DNA from: Lepidodermella squamata
Taxonomy: Eukaryota > Animalia > Gastrotricha
DNA: 64,000 nucleotides
Reading direction: 5' to 3'
NCBI GenBank assembly: GCA_047495785.1
Contig: JBLDXI010000002.1
Coordinates: 1,984,001 to 2,048,000, forward strand
Positions 57,290 to 64,000 of the stretch are shown piece after piece. The notes under the pieces are model-generated. The model did no database searches, was not told where the DNA came from, and saw only the letters and a program-made list of their open reading frames with translations. A program made the translations under genes and the position numbers. The number at the start of each line of letters is the position of its first letter. The stretch's first letter is position 1.

Positions 57290-57776
57290 TGGTCAGACTT
57301 TTCAGCAGTGACACTTCAGCAAATGATGGTCAAATCAGCAGTGACTTTTCATCAGTGACACCTTGTCAGTAAAAATTCCATAAAAATCGAATTTTTTTAT
57401 TAATTTAAATAATTCTTTTAGACAAGTGAGCAGTGACATTTCAGCAGAGACAAATGAGCAAGTGACACTTCAACAATTTTTATTCATTTATATCGGGCAT
57501 TGAACTTGCACTGTTTAAGCTCAACTTCAATGCAGCGCATAGTCCCCCTGCTGAATACGGTTGAAATTCTGTTGATGAAATGTCCCCGCTGAAATGTCAC
57601 GGCGCAAATGTCACCGAGATAAAGATAATAAATTTGGAAAAATTTAGGATAAATTATCAAAAATCACTGCTGACTTGTCACTGATGATTTGTCACTGCGC
57701 AAATGTCGCAGCTCAACTGTCACTTTTCATTTTACCCTCATTTGCTGAAATGTCACTGCTGGAAAGTCGTACAACC
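57290..57776. mobile_element. Second foldback-type MITE with CAGTGACA sub-repeats
   Basis: gacttttcagcagtgacacttcagcaaatga ... tcatttgctgaaatgtcactgctggaaagtc. Many internal cagtgaca/tgtcactg units; similar atttttc flanks. Confidence 0.7.
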
Positions 57777-57834
57777 ATTTTTTCAATTTTTAATCCATTT
57801 TAATTTAAAAATTCTTTTGAATTTCCATCTTATA

Positions 57835-58376
57835 GTGAAAGGTTCAAATTGCGGAAAAACGCGATTAACATGAGGCCTCGAAGCTCATTATCGTTACCTG
57901 GCCCAGTAATGTCCCCAAGCGTGTCGCCGAGAAAATCGATATTACGATCTCCAGCGACCCCCGAATTGGTGATTGAGGGCAACAACAGCTTACCGCAATC
58001 GCCAACACCCAAGAATGACTGTCCACAGCCACGCGGCCGTGTGTCCTTCGCTGACGATCTGGAAATTGTCAGCAGTTTAGAAAACGTGGCAGACGCGCCA
58101 AAGGACGTCGGGCTCATCCGGCAAAGCTTCAGCCTGTATCACGTGATGACGGCAAAGTTGTACGACAACGACGAACCGGTCGAAGAAGAGCCGAAGAGGC
58201 CGTCGACGCCTGGCAACGAGTTATCAGCGTCGCCTAAACCTCCAACTCCGGTTATCGGGGCATCGAATAAAGTCGGCCCTATGCTGGACGAAGAAAACGG
58301 CCACGTTACAGACGTCGAAAAACCTCTCGGATTTTGCCGCCAATTCTTTTCCACTTTATTTCGAAAAAACAGCTGA
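57835..58376 (+). CDS. Ser/Pro-rich protein (last exon) with SILR and RVSF PP1-docking-type motifs
   Basis: 175-aa ORF containing RKSILRSP and RGRVSFADD, preceded by an acceptor-like ttatag. Confidence 0.55.
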
Positions 58377-59075
58377 TATATATTTATATACCTGAATTTT
58401 TTCCTCATTTTTATTGGGAAATAAACTAGTCCGGATTCTTAATTTTGTCGAGTTAAATGGGGCTTAAAATATCCGAGACGATCGAGGTTATATATAGGCA
58501 CCTCTACTCCGTAAAAAACGCGCTATCGTCCCAATTCAGGCGTGGTTTGGTGCCCGTATCTCGTTGACGTAATTCAATAAAAGTTTGCGAATATTTTTAT
58601 AACGATAAAAAACTGGTAATAAGTAAGTTTCACTCCCTAATAAAACTAGCCGGCGTGGCGTATTATCACTCTCCGTTCAATTCGATTTTTTTTTATTCCT
58701 CTACTCAGTAGTATAATCAAGATAAAGACAGCGCAGCTAGCTCGCATTTCGACGGCGATGATAGACGTATTGTCGTTTTTTCGGACCAAATTTGAAGCGC
58801 GTCGTCGGAAAGAATTTCCGGCGCAGTGAGGCACTTAATTCCGCGCGTGCTTATGCTACATACATGCTTATGCTACATATATCGAAAATTTCGCATGAGC
58901 ACTGTAAATTTTTATTCGCAGTGGGAAGACGATTTTATACCAATTTTTTTCTTAACTGATTTTGCTTCAATAAAAGATAACTGGTGTCTTTTCACATGGC
59001 AGTTAACAACAACATTGCGGCTGGTTCGAATTTTTTGAGGAATTTTGAAATTTATTTTAGAGTTCATTTTTCCAG

Positions 59076-59713
59076 CTCGGGCTGCTTACCACCAATGCGT
59101 TAACGGGCCTCCGAGCCCTTTAGCTGTCAATAACAGCAACAACGGAACTAATCAAAATGACGATAAAAAGCCGCCAATTAAGTCGATTCTACGAACCGAG
59201 GGCCGGAAAATGTCGCAGAATGGGTCTTTTTCGAACCCTATTAACGGGTTATCGCCTACTCGGAGCCAATTTGCCGCGTCGAGAATTCACAGCCTCGACG
59301 CTGGCGAGTCGCCGCGTCTTGTCGACGTTGGCACGAATTCAGCGCCTCGAGTCAGCTTTTCGGACGTTGTCTCAGAGTTGGAGGACAACACCCGGTACCA
59401 GCGTAGTAGCCACAGCCGCCTGAAATTTACGTTCAGCGGCGAGCGGCTGGCAGCGACCCTCGGTCTGGCTGGGTTCCATTCAAGCCACCGCTCGAAGCCT
59501 TCGATGGATCCGAACAAGGAGGGCCCGGCAAAAGGTCGGATGGTTAATAGATCCGAGAGCTTCGATAGCCATCGTCATAGAGATTCCGGTAGCAGTAACG
59601 GGGGTCGAACGTCTCTATTCAAAAGCTTCCTCGGCTCCAAAATCTTTCACTCAACATCGCATAATCACTTGGACGAGGATAAAACTAGCGGCGATTGTGT
59701 GACAACAAAATAG
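59076..59713 (+). CDS. Ser-rich protein (last exon) with SILR and RVSF motifs
   Basis: 222-aa ORF containing IKSILRT and PRVSFSD; acceptor ttttccag at about 59075. Confidence 0.55.
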
Positions 59714-59928
59714 TAGATAAATAGTGGGTTTCCAACTTCGTGAAATAAATCAAAGACAGGCTAATAAAGTGACCCAAACTAAACATGTTTGCACGTACGG
59801 GAGTCGTAAGGTGACAAATTCATCAAGAAAAAAAACGCTAGGTGTGAATTAGGAAAGTAATCGTATTTCACGCTCCAGTGGCCAGAATGCTTGACAAACT
59901 TTGCCCAAGCATTTGAAGTTTGAAGCTG

Positions 59929-61188
59929 ATGAATAATTATCAACCGCCTGCGCTGTTTTCAGCAATTTTTCTTGCAATATGTGTTTTCCTCTCTATTTAC
60001 CATATTCATCAGCTGAAAATAGATACCGGGGTGTTGTTTTCAGCTCTTAATGGTAGGGTGAGTCATCGCCACGAGATTGAATTGCCATCTGCTGGGCCTA
60101 AAATTATTCTGCTATGGACGCACTGGTTCAGAGATCCTTCTTGGACCGAATTCTTCTCCCTTAACAATTACAGCCCATTCTGGCCGGCTACGAATGATCC
60201 GAGAAAAATGTGCCTAGTAACAACAAATCGAGCTCTTCTTCCTTCAGCTTCAGGCCTCGTATTCAGCAGTGTTGATTTTAACTCGGCTGATGTTCCAAAA
60301 CAGCGATTTTCCAACCAAATTTGGACATTTCTTTCCCTTGAATCTCCTCTAAATAATCATCTGAGACCAGACGAAGCTTTTACTGTTGATCGCCTAAGAT
60401 TCAATTGGACTATGACTTATAGACCAGATTCAGACGTTTGGTTTCCTTACGGCAAGCTTATTAAGCGAAATTCATCGCTATCGAAGTTCGAAAAGCAAGC
60501 AATAGATGACAGGATTCGAAATGTTACCTCGAAACGACCAATCGATGCCTATTGGATGACATCGAATTGCGGGACTCAAAGCAAGCGAGAGGTGTTATTC
60601 AGCCTTTTGGAAAGCTTCAATTTTCTAAAATTAGAAAAATGGGGAGGTTGCGGTAACTCATCGCGAACGAGGCCGGAAGATCACTGGCAAAAGCTGGGTC
60701 CTGAACCTTTTTTCACGCAATATCGATTCTACTTCAGCTTCGAAAATTCTCTATGCGATGACTACATGACTGAAAAGGCCTACAGTGGCTACTACGCGAG
60801 TTTGAAGTATGGCCTAATTCCCGTTGTCTACAACTCGGCCAAAGTCAAGAAGTTACTACCTGCCGGGTCCTATATCGACGTAATGAATTTCACCAGTGCC
60901 GAGCAGCTAGCTAAGTATCTTCATCAAGTATCGAATTATCCACCTGAAAAGCTGGCTGCGTTCTATAATTGGCAATACGATTATGAGCTAGTTTACAACG
61001 AGGCGAATGGTTTCTTCCAGGGAAATTACCCGTTAAAATTTGGCTGGTCAACTCTATGCGAACGACTTTGGGAGAGTAACAACACTTCCAGAACAATAAC
61101 CGACATTCGGAAAGAGCTTGGCAGTTGCCATCCACCGCCCTCTTTCATCCAAAATCAGACAAATTTATTTTATGGTCGGCTGATGTAA
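59929..61188 (+). CDS. Alpha-1,3/4-fucosyltransferase, GT10 family (intronless)
   Basis: TM anchor; KIILLWT, QIWTFLSLESP, FNWTMTYRPDSDV..PYG, YRFYFSFENSLCDDYMTEK, SYIDVMNFTSAEQLAKYL. Confidence 0.93.
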   Translation: MNNYQPPALFSAIFLAICVFLSIYHIHQLKIDTGVLFSALNGRVSHRHEIELPSAGPKIILLWTHWFRDPSWTEFFSLNNYSPFWPATNDPRKMCLVTTNRALLPSASGLVFSSVDFNSADVPKQRFSNQIWTFLSLESPLNNHLRPDEAFTVDRLRFNWTMTYRPDSDVWFPYGKLIKRNSSLSKFEKQAIDDRIRNVTSKRPIDAYWMTSNCGTQSKREVLFSLLESFNFLKLEKWGGCGNSSRTRPEDHWQKLGPEPFFTQYRFYFSFENSLCDDYMTEKAYSGYYASLKYGLIPVVYNSAKVKKLLPAGSYIDVMNFTSAEQLAKYLHQVSNYPPEKLAAFYNWQYDYELVYNEANGFFQGNYPLKFGWSTLCERLWESNNTSRTITDIRKELGSCHPPPSFIQNQTNLFYGRLM

Positions 61189-62612
61189 ATAAAGTTTTGT
61201 ATTAGGGACCTTTCTCATATCACTCATTTGTTTGTAAATTTGGCTAATTTGAGGTAGCTCGACGCCCATCAGGGACACATAGTCCCGCCAGTACTCTGTC
61301 ACATTGAAACCCGGTCCGACTAAGAGTTGAGCCAATTCTTCCAGTGCCATGAAACTCTGACTTGAATGCCCAGGTAACGGACAGTGGGCATCATGAGCCT
61401 TTAACCACTCTGCTTCGGGCATATGAACTGGCCAACCGACGCGATCCCACCTCAATCTCTGGCCGGTGAAGTCTGACCGGCGGCATGAGGCGTTATTTCC
61501 GATGAGCCAGTGATGTAAATGAATTGAAATCAGTTGTTGGTCGAAAAACCATTCATCACTAGGACCTCGTCGAGCTTTAATTGGTAAATGATTAAAATTG
61601 CTCATTATTCCAGCTTTTATCCTCTCCACTGGGTTGGAATCATTCGATATCGTTCTAAGGGTGGAAAAATATAAAAAGATAATGAGAAAATTGGGGGCAA
61701 AATATTCGAAATAAATGTTCAATTTTTCGGTTAACCAGAGAAATTTAAAAGAAAATTATTTAAATTTTGAAACATTTAAGAATTTAAAAATTTGAATTTC
61801 AAGTTTCAAATTTCAAATGTATTTTAATTTTTTTTTAATTTGTTCAATTATTGCTATTGTCTTACCGGTAGTTCATAACTGAGTGCCAAGTTGAAACTCT
61901 CATTCCGACATTTGACAAAGCGACCATGGCTGAAAATTTAGATTCTAAGAATAATCATTAAATTGAAATTTTACGACATACGAATGCTTTCGCCTCTGTG
62001 GATGAATGGCGCACAGCAAAAGCCATTAGTGAGTCTTACATCGAATTTCGCCTCGGGTAAATCGTAAAAGTCAGCAATAGGAAACAAGTCGGCATCGCTA
62101 GTAACTAGATACAGATCCGGGTCGTGCGAGAACGGCTCGATATCTGCAACGAAAATTCTACCGATTTGAGCGAAACCGGTTTTCAGGTCATCCGGAACCG
62201 GCAGGAAAATCACGGTAACACCGCCGAGGTTTTGTAGCGTTTCGTAAACGAAATTGAGGTGATGGCCAGATTGTAGCCAGGGTGAGTCATCGCCGGCTAT
62301 GATAACTGCGGCTTCAAAGCCGAGCCGTCGCCAGGCTAGGGCAGTGATAGGAAGATAGAAGGCGTATGAGCATTCTGAATCCCCAGCCGCGCATCTTTGA
62401 TTATCGACTGACGGCGTTGAGGCGGCTATTACGGCGACTTTTCGCCTCGTTTGGCCGCGGGATGGATCTTCGCAACTTAGTGGAGGATCTTTATAGCTTC
62501 TCAAGGCCTCTTTATCGTGGTAGCGCCTTTGGAAAACCACATTCGAAGCAAGGTAAATTATGGCAAAAAATGATGAAATAAGAATTGCTACAGCTAAATT
62601 ACGGCGTAACAT
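61165..62612 (-). CDS. Type II membrane putative GT-A-fold glycosyltransferase, paralog 1 (3 exons)
   Basis: TM anchor; YAFYLPITALAWRRLGF, AQIGRIF, YLVTSDADLFPI (DxD), WFFDQQLIS, RWDRVGW, DAHCP. Confidence 0.65.
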
Positions 62613-62789
62613 ATTTTAACAATTTTATAGCATTCATGTTGCTATCTGGTATGCCGCTGAGGCTTAAGATTATAACAGGCGCAATTGTTGGCATAAGAGC
62701 AGCTTTGTAGGAGCTGCACTGTAATATTCCGCTTTTTACACTCAAGTCGAAAAGTAGCGCGCGAACAATAGAAATTCAAACGCTTTATT

Positions 62790-64000
62790 TCAGGAGCCCA
62801 AATCTGGTTCGTGTAAATAATTGAACTTCGTTAAACGTTCGCTATGAATCGCCCTCAATTGATCGATCACTTGACTGATATTAGGAACTTGGGCTCCCAT
62901 TCTCGTCATGAATTCGTGCCAATAAGTTGTCACGTTGAACGTCGGCCCGGTGATTAATTGAGCCAGTTGTTCGAGATTCAAAAAGTTCTTCAGCGTGTGA
63001 CCAGGTAAAGGGCAATGGGCATCGTGCACCCTGAGCCATTCAGACTCTATTTGGTGGCTCGGCCAGCCGACTCGGTCCCAACGAAACTTTTTGCCTGCCT
63101 CAGAACGCCTGCAGATCGATTTTTGAGCATGTCGGTAGAGCTGGATAGAAATCAGGGATTGATCCATGAACCATGAGGCAGAGGGCCCCCGAGTCACATT
63201 GACCGGTAGACCTTCGTATTCGGCTAAAATAGCCGCCTTAATCCGCTCGACAGGGTCAGTATTATTAGAAGTCTGCCTAATATTTTAAAATTTGGTCCCT
63301 TGTTGGTGCGAAGAGTTTCGAAATAAACCTGTAATTCATAACGGAATGCCAAGTAGAAACTCGCATGCCAACATTTGACAACGCAACCATAGCTAGAACC
63401 AACAAGTTATATACAGACATGCATAAAAAATCCTTACGAATTTGGTGTCCTCTGTGGTAAAATGGTTCGCAGCAATGACTACCAGTCAGTCGAATATCGA
63501 AATTTCTCGCCGGAAGCGAGAAAATATCGGTGATAGGAAAAAGGTCTGCATCGCTAGTGACCAGGTAGGTGTCCGGTTCCGAAGCTAATGGCTCCATATC
63601 GGCCGCGTAAAGTCTCCCGACTTGCGCTATACCCACCTTAAGCGACTCACTCGATGGCAGGAATATGACTGTCACATTCCCAATAGCGAGCAGGGTGTTG
63701 TAAACGAAATTCAGGTGGCTACCGGGCTCGAGCCATGGATTCCGCTCTCCAGCAATTAAAACTGTAGTGCCGTAGCCGAGTCGCCGCCAGGCCAAAGCAG
63801 TTAGAGGTAGGTAAAATGCATAGGAACATTGTGAATTGCCTTCCGCGCACTTTTCGTTGCTAATCGAAGGTGTTGTAGCTGAAATAACGGCAACTTTCTT
63901 TAACGGTGGCTTTCGTTGGTAGGCGCAGCTAGGAATCGGCTCGGTATAGAAGTACAGTATGTCCGATGTCTTATCGAGTGTGAAGAAATTCAGTTTCGAA
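62790..64000 (-). CDS. Tandem paralog 2 of the putative glycosyltransferase (5' end outside the window)
   Basis: Same motifs (YAFYLPLTALAWRRLGY, YLVTSDADLFPI, WFMDQSLIS, DAHCP) and matching intron positions. Confidence 0.65.

Overview
Gene-dense genomic DNA from an invertebrate animal. Most introns are 50-75 bp GT-AG with AT-rich interiors; there are no prokaryotic operons, rRNA, tRNA or CRISPR. The species cannot be named from sequence alone. Background genes: a CUB-domain receptor tyrosine kinase, three galaxin-like Cys-Cys-repeat secreted proteins, GT7, GT6 and GT10 glycosyltransferases plus two unassigned GT-A-like paralogs, a NEK-like kinase probably fused to ankyrin repeats, a sushi/beta-propeller protein, a divergent homeobox gene and small SILK/RVxF proteins. 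The 18-44 kb accessory region holds the most interesting material. (1) A 9.2-kb intact DNA transposon (26102-35305, long TIRs, CATG...CATG ends, probable 2-bp TSD) encodes a 10-exon RAG1/Transib-like DDE transposase and, convergently, a 6-exon Rad21/Rec8-like cohesin kleisin with no ExxR separase motif, plus three small ORFs. (2) The element sits in an intron of one of three tandem genes for a stand-alone, apparently inactive p300/CBP-type HAT domain. (3) Next to these lies a cluster of secreted helical proteins, a secreted protein carrying a bacterial polymorphic-toxin ParB-like domain, and an ankyrin gene. A Penelope-type hammerhead-ribozyme palindrome and several MITEs are also present. All exon structures and family calls were made by eye from translation and remembered family motifs; no database search was run.
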